DNA of 64,000 nucleotides from Gemmatimonadota bacterium (GTDB lineage: Bacteria > Gemmatimonadota > Gemmatimonadetes > Gemmatimonadales > GWC2-71-9). Location: positions 1 through 64,000 of the forward strand of contig JBDHDE010000014.1 of assembly GCA_039591655.1 (NCBI GenBank), given 5' to 3'. Shown here one piece after another: positions 8,499 through 18,057 of the stretch. Numbering within the stretch: position 1 is the first letter of the stretch; every line of letters begins with the position of its first letter. Below the pieces are notes generated by a model that was not told where the DNA came from, made no database searches, and saw nothing but the letters and a program-made list of their open reading frames with translations. The translations under genes and the position numbers were made by a program.

Positions 8499-9790
8499 CC
8501 AGCGCCGGCGAGGAGTGACTCGCCGCGCTCGAGCCCTTTGGCGATCTCGCGTCCGTCGCGCTCCACTAGGGCCAGGATGGCGCGTTGCGGCAGCTCCACG
8601 GGCCGGGCCACAAAGATCCTGAGTCTCCTGGCGCTCATGTGCAGCTCTTCGGCAACCTGCTGGATGCTCAGCAGGTCGGCGCTGCCCTCTTCCCCGAGCA
8701 CCGCAGTCCGTCCGCTCCTCAGGAGAATCGGCAGGTCCACTGCGAGCATGGCCGGCTTGGCCGGGAAATCGAGCAGCAGTTCCCCCTCCGCCAGCCCCAA
8801 CTCCCGCGCCAACTGATCTTCCACCCGCTGCGCGAGGTCCGGCTCCCGAACGATCCAGGCACCACCACCCCGAGCAACCTCGGCGGCCGGGAGGTCGAGA
8901 ACCCGTTTGTAGAGCTGTCTGCTGCGAAGCCGCTCCGCCAGGTGGGTGTCGCGCACGCGCCGGACTGCCTCCATCAGGCCTTCGTCCGTGCTCTCAGCGA
9001 TCCAAGCCGCCTCGAGGTCGCCCCGGGCGACGGCTGAGCGCACTAGGCGCTTAAACATGGCTGTCGCGCTCCGCACGGCGTGATGCCAGTACACGTTGCG
9101 ATACATCTGGTACTTCGCGAAGAGCAGCGACTCTAGGGCGCTCACCCCCTTCTCGTGCACGCCCACGGCACGGGCCCCGTCGGGGCGAGTGATCAGGGTG
9201 ATGGAGTGGATGAGGCGGTCCACATCCACCGTGCCGTACGGTACGCCGCACATCCGGGCGTCCCGGGTCAGGTACTCGATCTTGTCGAGGTCCAGAGAGC
9301 CGGAGATCAGCCCCTGCAAGGGGCTCTGGCTGGTGCCGCGAATCAGCTCCTCGATGCGGGAGTCCACGGACCCCATGCCGTACCGCTCGAGAGCCGCCTG
9401 CAGTTCCGGCTGCTGGAACTGGTGGCGCGCCAGCGACTCGTGCGACGGGAGCCCCGCCTCCTCGAGGGCGTGCGAGAACGGGTAGTGGCCGATGTCGTGC
9501 AAGAGGGCCGCCAGCCGTACCAGGACCACCTCCTCCCCACGAACGCTCTCCAGCTCACTCCGCTCGGCAAGCAGTCGGAGCGCACGCCGCGCCAGGTGGT
9601 AGGTCCCCAGGGCGTGCTCGAAGCGGGTGTGCGTCGCCCCCGGATACACGAGAAACGCATGCCCCAGCTGGCGGATGTAACGGAGACGTTGAAACGGGGC
9701 GCTGTCCACCACATGCAGGGCGTCGGCGTCGACCCGGATGTTGCTCCACAGGGGATCGCGGATGACCTCGAAGTCGCCAGCCACCGCCAT
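8495..9790 (-). CDS. HD-domain phosphohydrolase (SAMHD1/dNTPase-like)
   Basis: RLRYIRQLG, YPGATHTRFEHALG, LLHDIGHYPFSH, DLDKIEYLTRD. Confidence 0.92.
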   Translation of the reverse strand: MAVAGDFEVIRDPLWSNIRVDADALHVVDSAPFQRLRYIRQLGHAFLVYPGATHTRFEHALGTYHLARRALRLLAERSELESVRGEEVVLVRLAALLHDIGHYPFSHALEEAGLPSHESLARHQFQQPELQAALERYGMGSVDSRIEELIRGTSQSPLQGLISGSLDLDKIEYLTRDARMCGVPYGTVDVDRLIHSITLITRPDGARAVGVHEKGVSALESLLFAKYQMYRNVYWHHAVRSATAMFKRLVRSAVARGDLEAAWIAESTDEGLMEAVRRVRDTHLAERLRSRQLYKRVLDLPAAEVARGGGAWIVREPDLAQRVEDQLARELGLAEGELLLDFPAKPAMLAVDLPILLRSGRTAVLGEEGSADLLSIQQVAEELHMSARRLRIFVARPVELPQRAILALVERDGREIAKGLERGESLLAGAG

Positions 9791-9801
9791 GGTGCGGATC
9801 G

Positions 9802-11379
9802 TCAGGCCGGGGGACCGGCTTCACGCACGTCGGGCGCCACCTGCTCGGCGTAGTGCGTGAAGTTGTCCCGAAACATCCCCGCCAGCCGCTGTGCCTGGTG
9901 GTCGTACCGCGTGCCGTCGGCCCAGGTGCTCCGGGGGTCCAGCAGTCGGCTCGGCACTCCGGTGAGTGTCGTCGGCACTTCCAGGCCGAAGATGGGGTCC
10001 ATTCGGGTCGGGACATCGTGGAGCCGGCCGTCCAGCACGCCACGGATCATGGTGCGGGTGTACGGTATGTTGATGCGGCGTCCTTCGCCGTACGGTCCGC
10101 CGGTCCAGCCAGTGTTCACCAGCCAGCAGGCCGCATCGTGCTGCGCGATGCGCTCACCGAGCATGGCCGCGTAGACGCCGGGAGGCATGGGCAGGAAGGG
10201 AGCGCCGAAGCAAGCGCTGAACGTGGCCTGGGGTTCGGTGACGCCCCGCTCGGTGCCGGCCACCTTCGCCGTGTACCCCGAAAGGAAGTAGTACATGGCC
10301 TGTTGTGGCGTGAGCTTGGCGACGGGCGGTATCACGCCGAAGGCGTCGGCCGTGAGGAATAGGACGTTCTCCGGGTGGCCTCCGCTGCCTTCGGGTACGT
10401 GGTTCGCGATGAAGTAGATGGGATACGACGCCCGTGTGTTCTCCGTAATCGAGTCGTCGTTCAGGTTGATCCGGTGGGTACGCGGATCGAGTACGACGTT
10501 CTCCAGGATCGTGCCGAACATCCCTGTGGTTGCGTGGATGTCCGGCTCGCCCTCGGCGGAGAGGCGGATCACCTTCGCGTAGCAGCCGCCCTCGAAATTG
10601 AACACGCCGTCGTCGCTCCAGCCGTGCTCATCATCGCCGATGAGATCGCGGGTGGAGTCAGTGGAGAGGGTCGTCTTCCCGGTTCCCGAGAGCCCGAAGA
10701 AGACCGCCACGTCCCCGCGATCGCCGACGTTCGCCGAGCAGTGCATCGGGAGAATGCCCCGCTTCGGGTACAGATAATTGAGGATCGTGAACATCGACTT
10801 CTTGAGCTCGCCGGCATACCGTGTACCCCCGATCAGGACCGTTCGCTCCGCGAAGTTGATCACGATGAAGGTGCCGGTCCGGGTGCCGTGGCGCCCGGGA
10901 TCCGCCTGCATCTCCGGCGCATGGAGCACGGTGAATTGCGGCTCGAAGGTATCCGTACCGCCTCCGTCCGGCCGGATGAACATGTTGAACACGAACAGCG
11001 CGTGCCACGCGTTGGTGGTGACGAACCGGACGGGGATGCGGTGCGCGGGGTCCGCTCCGGCGAACACGTCCCGCACGAACAGCTCCTCCTGCTGTGCCAA
11101 ATAGCGTCGGACGTCGGTTGCGAGCGCGGTCCAGCGGTCTGCGTCGAGGGGCTGGTTGACGTTGCCCCACCAGATGTCGGCTTCCGAGCCTGCCTCGCGC
11201 ACCACGAACTTGTCGCCGGGCGAGCGCCCGGTGTGGGGTGACGTGACGGCTATGAACGGTCCACCCGAGACGATCCGGCCCTCCGTTCGCCGGATCGCGT
11301 GCTCGTACAATCCGGCGGGCGGGAGGTTCCAGTGTACGGTGCCGGTCGCAAGCAGCTCCGGCGCGACAATGGTAGGCAC
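9802..11379 (-). CDS. pckA: Phosphoenolpyruvate carboxykinase (ATP)
   Basis: [43 protein letters not shown]. Confidence 0.97.
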   Translation of the reverse strand: MPTIVAPELLATGTVHWNLPPAGLYEHAIRRTEGRIVSGGPFIAVTSPHTGRSPGDKFVVREAGSEADIWWGNVNQPLDADRWTALATDVRRYLAQQEELFVRDVFAGADPAHRIPVRFVTTNAWHALFVFNMFIRPDGGGTDTFEPQFTVLHAPEMQADPGRHGTRTGTFIVINFAERTVLIGGTRYAGELKKSMFTILNYLYPKRGILPMHCSANVGDRGDVAVFFGLSGTGKTTLSTDSTRDLIGDDEHGWSDDGVFNFEGGCYAKVIRLSAEGEPDIHATTGMFGTILENVVLDPRTHRINLNDDSITENTRASYPIYFIANHVPEGSGGHPENVLFLTADAFGVIPPVAKLTPQQAMYYFLSGYTAKVAGTERGVTEPQATFSACFGAPFLPMPPGVYAAMLGERIAQHDAACWLVNTGWTGGPYGEGRRINIPYTRTMIRGVLDGRLHDVPTRMDPIFGLEVPTTLTGVPSRLLDPRSTWADGTRYDHQAQRLAGMFRDNFTHYAEQVAPDVREAGPPA

Positions 11380-12030
11380 TCAGGGTGTGAAGGGCTGGAT
11401 GTCAGACGGTATGTGGTACAGCGTCTGGATGGTCGCGCGGTCGCTCCCGCTCGGCTCCCGCACGACTACCGGGACGGCCATGAGATCGTTCGGGTCCGGG
11501 CTGTGGCTGAAGATGCCCAGGGCGTGACCTAGCTCATGAGCGGTCACCCGGGCGAGACAGTTGGCGATGTCGCTGGGCTCCGCTGCGAACCAGGTCATGC
11601 GGATCTCGATCCGCCCGGTGTAACGGAACTCCCCCGTGGTCAGTGTGTCGACGGGTGGTATGGAGGTGGCTCCGCTGCAGACCTGGACCGGTGGGTCGTC
11701 GGTTTGAGGCGCCTCGAGCGCCGGTTCGCGATTCCAGCGCACCAGAATGTCGGCGACGAGGGAATCCGTGACGAGCGCTCCCAAGAACTCGCGGTAGAGG
11801 AACTGGCGCTCCCAACTGAGGATACCGGCAGCCACGTAGTCCGAGAGCCCGCCGCCGGACTGCGCCCAGAAACGTACCGGCTCGTCAATGCTGGGCCAGT
11901 GAAACACCGGTTCCATGGGAGCAAGGCGGAAATCGTAGGGGTCCTCACGGATCGGTGAGCCCACGGGGTCGCACGCGGCGAGCAAGAGGAGCCCCGCCAG
12001 CACCGGCAGGCTACGGCGTATGCTGCGCAT
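11380..12030 (-). CDS. Matrixin-like zinc metalloprotease lipoprotein
   Basis: Lipobox LLAAC, HELGHALGIFSH zinc motif, downstream DLM Met-turn. Confidence 0.85.
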   Translation of the reverse strand: MRSIRRSLPVLAGLLLLAACDPVGSPIREDPYDFRLAPMEPVFHWPSIDEPVRFWAQSGGGLSDYVAAGILSWERQFLYREFLGALVTDSLVADILVRWNREPALEAPQTDDPPVQVCSGATSIPPVDTLTTGEFRYTGRIEIRMTWFAAEPSDIANCLARVTAHELGHALGIFSHSPDPNDLMAVPVVVREPSGSDRATIQTLYHIPSDIQPFTP

Positions 12031-12670
12031 TGCCCCACCTCAGTGTCGCTGCTACGGAAACGCGATGCACGGTGCCCGTGCTGAACCCGTCTTCCCTCAA
12101 CGCCTCGGTCATGAAGCGGTGCACGTCCCACCCCACGTCGAACCCCACCGCCCAACGCCGCCCCACGGGGTACTCCACGCGGGCGCCGAGCCCCACCGTT
12201 GCTTCCAGCGGCTGGTCGTCGCGAAACAACGTCGCCTGCCGGCCTTCCTCTGCGGCCCGGTACTTGACGGCGCCGATCTTGGCCTGAGCCAGCACCCACG
12301 GCTTGAGCCGCCACCGCAGGGATACCGTGCCCGTCCATACTGTGAGTGGGATGATGTTGCGGCTCGCCTGGTCCTCCTCCAGCTGGAGGTTGCTGCGGGC
12401 CCAGCTCAGGTCCAGGGCGACTTCGTACTTGGGGCTGAGGAGCATGCCTACCGACAAGCCCACTGTCGGCGCGAGGGCCGGCTGCGCCGTGAAGCCCGCG
12501 ACGAGCGGGTCCTCCACTAGCGTGGAGCTCCAGGCGGCACCTACCCCGAGCTCGACGAATACCTGGGCCGCGGCGGCTCCCGGCCGCGCGGCGGCGAGGG
12601 TGAGTCCCAGCGCGAGCGCCCCGCCCGGGTGGCGGATCAGCAAGCCGATCCTCGTTGACCTACGTACCAC
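12011..12670 (-). CDS. Small outer-membrane beta-barrel protein
   Basis: Signal peptide ending AAAQ, alternating beta-strand pattern, terminal strand VSVAATLRW. Confidence 0.7.
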   Translation of the reverse strand: MVRRSTRIGLLIRHPGGALALGLTLAAARPGAAAAQVFVELGVGAAWSSTLVEDPLVAGFTAQPALAPTVGLSVGMLLSPKYEVALDLSWARSNLQLEEDQASRNIIPLTVWTGTVSLRWRLKPWVLAQAKIGAVKYRAAEEGRQATLFRDDQPLEATVGLGARVEYPVGRRWAVGFDVGWDVHRFMTEALREDGFSTGTVHRVSVAATLRWGNAQHTP

Positions 12671-13512
12671 CTGGCTCTCCCTGAAGGGACGTTGGCTGCT
12701 CCCAGGTCTCGCCGGCGCGGGCCGCCGGCGTGCGGCCGCGCAGCAGCCGCCGCAGGGCGAACGCCAGGACGAGGGCCACGGCGAAGGCGCACACGACTAC
12801 CGGACCCGTGGGCATGTCGGTGACGTACGAGGTGTACAATCCCGCGACCGTCGCCGCCACCCCGGTGGCCCACGCGATGGCCAGCAGCTGGCTCGTGCGC
12901 GACGTGAACAGGAACGCGCACGGACAATGTCACCATCACGCCGAACAGCGAGTAGAACACGAAGTCCCACCACCGGACCCTCCACCCATGGGCCGCAGCA
13001 TCCTGCGGCCTGAGGGAAATGGTCAGAAACCGCTCGCGGAGGAACCAGTGAGCGATACCGATGACGGCGTACGCAATCGCGGTCTTCCAGATCTCCGGCC
13101 AGGTGACCCACAGCAGGCCTCCTGTGAGCAACTGCTCGACGTGCTCCGAGCCCCGCGGGGCCTGCGCCGCGAGTAGGATCGTTCCGGCGGTCGCGACCAC
13201 GAAGACGATCCCGATGATCGCTTCCTGCGGCACGTAGGGGTGCTTCATGCGGCTCGCGCTGAACAGCGCTGCGGCAATCAGCGTCGCTGCCAGGCCGACG
13301 AAGTAGCCGGCCGTCGCGTCCGAGAGGCCTAGCACTCCTCCGACGACCTGCCCCAAGCCCAATCCGGCTGCGGCCCAGCCCAGTGCCGCGACTTGGGCCA
13401 GCGCGAGGTCCACGAAGATGACGCCCCGGGCAATGATATGGATGCCGAGGTACGCGTGGAGACCCACGAGGACGAGTGAGGCCACGAGGGCCGGCAACAT
13501 CAACTCGAACAT
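12660..13512 (-). pseudogene. Metal (Zn/Mn) ABC-3 permease, disrupted by an internal deletion and frameshift near 12918
   Basis: N-part IARGVIFVDLALAQ...WWDFVFYSLFGVMVTLSV. C-part AFLFTSRTSQLLAIAW...DMPTGPVVV is in another frame. The usual GxLLVxxxLxxP segment is missing. Confidence 0.75.
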
Positions 13513-13550
13513 CGTCCCGCCAAGTCAGTCATGGGTCACTCGCGCCGCGG

Positions 13551-14639
13551 CTATGGGTGGGCGCTGCGTTCGGCGAAGCTCCGGGCGAGCTGATGCACCC
13601 AGGTGTCGACCAGGGCGAAGTAGTCGTCCACGCCCTCTTCGCCCTCAACGTGCTCCGGCACCATGACGGCCATGGCGCCGGTGCGGGAGGCCACCCGCTC
13701 CACCTGCCGTTGGCTGAAGTAGTTCGCTGCAAAGATCACCGGGATGTTCTCCCTGTCAATGAACTCGATGACCTCGTTGACGTGGCCCGGCGATGCGGGG
13801 ATGCCCGGCTTGGGTTCCACGAACATGGCGCACTCGACCCGGAAGCGGTGGCTGAAGTACGCCCAGTTCTTGTGATAGCACACCATGCGGTGGTCGCGGA
13901 AGGGGGCTGCCTCGGCGAGCCAGCCGCCGAGGTACTCCGCGAGGGGCGTCTCCTGATAGGTCTGGCTCGTGAGGAACTCCCAGAAGGTACCTGCCCGAGT
14001 CATGTTGACGATCGTCTCGCCCCCGAGCAGTTCCACGAGCTGGTCACCGACCAGGCGTCGCAGGACGCGATCCTGGAAGGCCGCGAGCCGTTCGTCGTAT
14101 GCGGCGCCGTTTGCGGGGTCCACCCGCTTGAGCCCCGCCGCGATGTTGCGGGCAATGACGATCCCGTTGACCGGATCGGTGTGGATGTGCGGGTTGCCGA
14201 ACACGTGCACGTCGCCCCCGGCCCGCGAGACGTCGGCCGGGACCTCGAGCAGCTCGACGCCGGCGTAGGCCGCCACGTGGCCCGGGGCGCCCTCGATGAC
14301 GCGTGGGTTGTTGGCCCGGTCGAGAATGGCCGGGACCCACAGCTCCAGGTCGAGTCCAGTCGCGACGAACAGATCGGCTCGCTGCACGGCTGCCGTGAAG
14401 CTGGGCCGCGGGTGCACGAAGTGGGGGTCCTGATCGCCCCGAGCGATGGCCCGGACGTCGGCGAGATCACCGGCCACCTCCCGGGCGATGGCCGCGTACG
14501 TCGGGAGGGTGGTGACCACGCGCAACCGGTCCTGGGCGCGGCCGGTGGCGGTTAGCAGGACGAGGGCCGCGAGCCCCGCACCGCCCACGCGCCGCAGCCT
14601 CGACGTCACGCTTGACTGCCTCACCGCATGGTTCCTCAT
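13551..14639 (-). CDS. Metal ABC transporter substrate-binding protein (ZnuA/cluster A-I)
   Basis: RVVTTLP, QDPHF, GNPHIHTDP, VCYHKNWAYF, EPKPGIP. Confidence 0.9.
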   Translation of the reverse strand: MRNHAVRQSSVTSRLRRVGGAGLAALVLLTATGRAQDRLRVVTTLPTYAAIAREVAGDLADVRAIARGDQDPHFVHPRPSFTAAVQRADLFVATGLDLELWVPAILDRANNPRVIEGAPGHVAAYAGVELLEVPADVSRAGGDVHVFGNPHIHTDPVNGIVIARNIAAGLKRVDPANGAAYDERLAAFQDRVLRRLVGDQLVELLGGETIVNMTRAGTFWEFLTSQTYQETPLAEYLGGWLAEAAPFRDHRMVCYHKNWAYFSHRFRVECAMFVEPKPGIPASPGHVNEVIEFIDRENIPVIFAANYFSQRQVERVASRTGAMAVMVPEHVEGEEGVDDYFALVDTWVHQLARSFAERSAHP

Positions 14640-14644
14640 CTCAC

Positions 14645-16018
14645 TCAGTAGCTCTCGTGCCGGTGCGGCCCGATGGCCCAGACGAACTGGAGCAGGACCG
14701 TGTGATTGCCGCCGCCGTCCTCGGGCTTGAGGTAGTTGTACTGCAGCCGCAGACGCACCCACTCGCTCTGCCACCAGCTTATGGTGGGGACGAGCTGTAC
14801 GATGTCCGGCTCACCCGCGGCGCCGCTCAGGTAATCTGCCCGAGCACCGAAGATCCAGCGGCGCCCGGCCCGGTAGTTGGCCTGGGCCCAGCCACCCCTG
14901 CGCCACGGACCGGCGCCGTTCACGGCCTGCTTCACCCAGTACCACTCGCCCTTCAACTGGAAGTCCTGGTACAACGCCCGGCCGGGCGGCGCCCAGCGGA
15001 ACGCAAAGTCCAGCTCGTAAAGGGTGGTTTCCAGAGTGTCGCCGCTATTCTGGCCGTATGTGCCGGTACCCCCGACCTGCAAATAGGTGCTCGGGCTGAG
15101 GTCCCAGAAGCTCAGCACGCGCCCCAGGTAGCTGGGCTCACTACTTCCCCGGAACAGCGCCTCGTTGGTGCCGGCGGTGAGCTCGAAGAAGGCGGTCGTG
15201 GTGCTGGGCCCGATGGTGAGAGACGGGGACACCAGATCGAGGCCCGTCTGGATGAGGCCGTCCTCCCCCAGGAAGACCACCGACGGCAACGGTCGGTCCA
15301 CCTCGAAGAGGGCATGCGTGTGCCACCGGTTATAGTTGCCGATCTCCTGGCGGAACTTGCCGACCTTGAGGCCGAGGTTCGCCGGGAGCCCCACCCAGTA
15401 GAGATACCCTTCCTCGAGGTGCAGGCGGCCGTTACCGTGCTCGTCGCCCTCCTCATCCTCGGGGAAGCCCGCGATGGGCACCTCCTCCTCGTAGGTCACG
15501 AACACCTTGGTGCGGGTGTACGGATCGACCGCAGCCTGAAAGGAGAACTCGAACTCCCGCGGCACCGCGCCGAAGCTGCCGTCCTCCCCGTCTGCGTTGA
15601 GATAGTAGCCGACGACATCACCCGTGACGCTGATCTCCGGGTTCAGGATGCTGAGATTGCGGCTGCGGCTCTCCTGGGTGGTCGTGTCCTGCTGAGCACC
15701 GGCTTCGCCCGCGGCCTGCGCCGCAGCGCGCAGAGCGGCGAGCTCGTCGGAGACCTCGGCGGTATCCCGGCCCAGGCGGATGAGCTCCTCGAGGAGCCGC
15801 TGCAGCGAATCCAGCCGTGCCTTGAGCTCCCGGATCTCTCTCTCGAGTGAGTCGGTTCGCTCCTGTTGCTGGGCCGCGGCCGGGGCGAGCGCCCCGCCGG
15901 CTGCCATCAGCACCAACAGCAGCTTGAGCGTCCGGCCGGCTGTCGAGTGAGAGGTCGTAGCTATCGTGGAGGTGCGCAGATGCAATCGGCGTCGGCTGAG
16001 AAGAATGGTCCCGCCCAT
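14645..16018 (-). CDS. Outer-membrane porin-like protein with N-terminal coiled coil, linked to metal uptake
   Basis: Signal peptide, coiled coil, NPEISV, KVGKFR, NRWHTH, beta strands, C-terminal GPHRHESY. Start uncertain. Confidence 0.75.
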   Translation of the reverse strand: MGGTILLSRRRLHLRTSTIATTSHSTAGRTLKLLLVLMAAGGALAPAAAQQQERTDSLEREIRELKARLDSLQRLLEELIRLGRDTAEVSDELAALRAAAQAAGEAGAQQDTTTQESRSRNLSILNPEISVTGDVVGYYLNADGEDGSFGAVPREFEFSFQAAVDPYTRTKVFVTYEEEVPIAGFPEDEEGDEHGNGRLHLEEGYLYWVGLPANLGLKVGKFRQEIGNYNRWHTHALFEVDRPLPSVVFLGEDGLIQTGLDLVSPSLTIGPSTTTAFFELTAGTNEALFRGSSEPSYLGRVLSFWDLSPSTYLQVGGTGTYGQNSGDTLETTLYELDFAFRWAPPGRALYQDFQLKGEWYWVKQAVNGAGPWRRGGWAQANYRAGRRWIFGARADYLSGAAGEPDIVQLVPTISWWQSEWVRLRLQYNYLKPEDGGGNHTVLLQFVWAIGPHRHESY

Positions 16019-16056
16019 CGGTCTGGAATATAGCACCCGACGAGACCTGAGGTTCC

Positions 16057-16220
16057 CTAGCGCCCCACCGCCTCCAGCAGCAGCTCGCCCACACGGGCGT
16101 TCGTCAGCACCCGGCGCCGTCCGCTACGAACACGATCACGCGTGTCGGCACCTCCTGTGCGGCGGCGGGTAGGAAGAGTGCCGCCGTGAAGAAGACGTAC
16201 GCAAGGACGGTTCGTTGCAC
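16057..16220 (-). pseudogene. Collapsed alkaline phosphatase-like gene remnant
   Basis: GGAGG RBS, GTG start, signal peptide, RVIVFVADGAG, then joined out of frame to a C-terminus-like VLTNARVGELLLEAVGR*. Confidence 0.65.
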
Positions 16221-16312
16221 GGTTGCCTCCACGCGTGCCGCGCGGTTGTTTAGGTAGCCACGGCGATCCATGCCGGATGCGCCGCACGAAGCTTAACGCA
16301 GGAAGGCAGAAC

Positions 16313-17188
16313 ATGCGAAGAATCCCCGCGATCCTCCTGCTCTCGGCCGGGGTGCTCACCCTCGGGCCGGCGGCCTCCGCACAGGAGATCCCCGAGCGGC
16401 CCTTCATCCTCGTCACCAACGACGACGGCTACAACACGCCGGGCATCCGCTCGCTGGTGGACTCCCTCGTGCCGCTTGGTAGCCTCGTGGTTGCAGCGCC
16501 GCTCGAGCAGCAGAGTGGGGTGGGGCACGGCACGCGTCTCCGCAATCCGATCAGGGTCGACGAGTTCGCCAATGCCCACGGCGTCAAGTGGTACGCGGTC
16601 GATGCCCGCCCCTCCACCACGATGCGCCTCGCCCTGAACGCGCTGGTTGACTCGCTGCCGGACCTCGTGGTGTCGGGGATCAACGTGGGCGACAACCTGG
16701 GGCTGACCTCCTGGATCTCCGGCACCGTGGCGGCGGCCCGGGAGGCAGCGTTCCACGGGGTGCCCGCGATCGCCGTGTCCATGGGTCCGGGGTCGCGGGA
16801 GGACTATGCGACGGCGGCCGGCGCCGTGCGGGTCCTGGTAGAGCAACTGCTGGCCGAAGGTCTGTTGGAGCCCGGGCTGCTGCTCAACGTGAACCTCCCG
16901 GCGGCGAGCTCGAGGTCCTACCGGGGCGTGCGTGTGGCGCGCCAGAGCACCGCCCCCAACACCTCTGACTATGAGCCGCGCACGTCGCCCCGGGGTCGTC
17001 TCTATTTCTGGGATATGTGGCAGCCCGCGTTCGACGACGTGGAGGGAACCGATCTCTACTACTTCAATCGCGGGTACATCACCATCACGCCGTTCAAGAT
17101 CGACCAGACCGATGGGGCGACGCTAGACGCGTTCCAGCCGCGGTTGGACCGGGACGTGGTGCAGGAGGCCGAACAGCCGGGCGGCTGA
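16313..17188 (+). CDS. surE: 5'/3'-nucleotidase SurE with N-terminal signal peptide
   Basis: ILVTNDDG, APLEQQSGVG, DLVVSGINVGDN, SGTVAAA, NVNLP. Confidence 0.93.
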   Translation: MRRIPAILLLSAGVLTLGPAASAQEIPERPFILVTNDDGYNTPGIRSLVDSLVPLGSLVVAAPLEQQSGVGHGTRLRNPIRVDEFANAHGVKWYAVDARPSTTMRLALNALVDSLPDLVVSGINVGDNLGLTSWISGTVAAAREAAFHGVPAIAVSMGPGSREDYATAAGAVRVLVEQLLAEGLLEPGLLLNVNLPAASSRSYRGVRVARQSTAPNTSDYEPRTSPRGRLYFWDMWQPAFDDVEGTDLYYFNRGYITITPFKIDQTDGATLDAFQPRLDRDVVQEAEQPGG

Positions 17189-17190
17189 GC

Positions 17191-18057
17191 TTACCGCTTG
17201 CCCGATGCCCGGCCGTAGGCCCTGAGGCGGCGCAGCATGCGGCGGTCGCTAGCGACGGGGTCGTCGCCCTTCGGTGTCTCGATGATCTTGATGACGTCAC
17301 GGAAGCGGCGGTCCCGCATGATGCGGCGGAACGGCTCCGCCCCCATGGTGCCCTCGGCAATTGCGGCGTGGCGATCCCGGCGCGAGCCCAACGGCGCCTT
17401 CGAGTCGTTGAGGTGCAAGCACCGCAGGTGCTCGAGCGCCACGATCTCGCTCCACAGTCCCCACACCCGCTCCCAGTCGTTCACCAGATCGTGGCCCGCG
17501 GCATGGAGGTGGCATGTGTCGGCGCAGAAGCCGATGCGCTCTCGCAGCTCGGGCCGCACCCGTTCCCGCAGCTCCGCGAGCTCCTCGAACGAAGACCCCA
17601 GAGCCGTGCCGGCGCCTGCGGTGTTCTCGATGAGGATCGTCGGGCCCGGCACGGCGGCCAGGCACTCATTGTAGGCGGCGGCGTTGCGGCGCATCCCTGC
17701 CTCCCGGTTGTCCATGTAGTTGCCCGGATGGGTGACCACGAACGGCACGCCCAGTGCCTGGCAGCGGGCGAGCTCGCCCTTGAAGCAGATGATGGAGCGG
17801 GCCCGCAGGGCGGGGGCCGGGGACGCCAGGTTGATCAGGTAGGAATCGTGCGACGCGACGGCGCGGATCGGCGTCCGCGCCAGCTCGGTGCGAAACCGGT
17901 CCGCCTCGTCGGCCGTGAGCCGCGGTTCACGCCATTGGTTTGGGGTCTTGGTGAAGATCTGGATGGCCGTGGCCCCGATGGCCACGCCCCGGGCGGGAGC
18001 CGTGGCCACGCCCCCGGCCGTCGATACGTGGGCGCCGAGAAGGTCGCGCCGGCTCAG
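17191..18057 (-). CDS. nfo: Endonuclease IV
   Basis: LGAHVSTAGG, QIFTK, HDSYLINLAS, HPG, IENTAG, DTCH, HLNDS, DRHA, ETP. Start assigned to CTG 18057 by inference. Confidence 0.92.
   Translation of the reverse strand: MSRRDLLGAHVSTAGGVATAPARGVAIGATAIQIFTKTPNQWREPRLTADEADRFRTELARTPIRAVASHDSYLINLASPAPALRARSIICFKGELARCQALGVPFVVTHPGNYMDNREAGMRRNAAAYNECLAAVPGPTILIENTAGAGTALGSSFEELAELRERVRPELRERIGFCADTCHLHAAGHDLVNDWERVWGLWSEIVALEHLRCLHLNDSKAPLGSRRDRHAAIAEGTMGAEPFRRIMRDRRFRDVIKIIETPKGDDPVASDRRMLRRLRAYGRASGKR

Noticed and set aside
8495..9790. HD dNTPase as an anti-phage system
   Set aside because: It sits in a housekeeping context behind pckA with host-like GC and no defence neighbours.
12900..12930. 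Programmed frameshift in the permease
   Set aside because: No slippery run, and a conserved helix is missing, so frameshifting could not restore the protein.
16104..16109. Selenocysteine read-through at TGC-TGA
   Set aside because: The read-through frame is not protein-like; the phosphatase-like tail is in a different frame.
15966..16172. His/Cys metal-sensing peptide (EHDHAC) on the plus strand
   Set aside because: It is antisense to the better-supported phosphatase remnant and porin start, and has no RBS.
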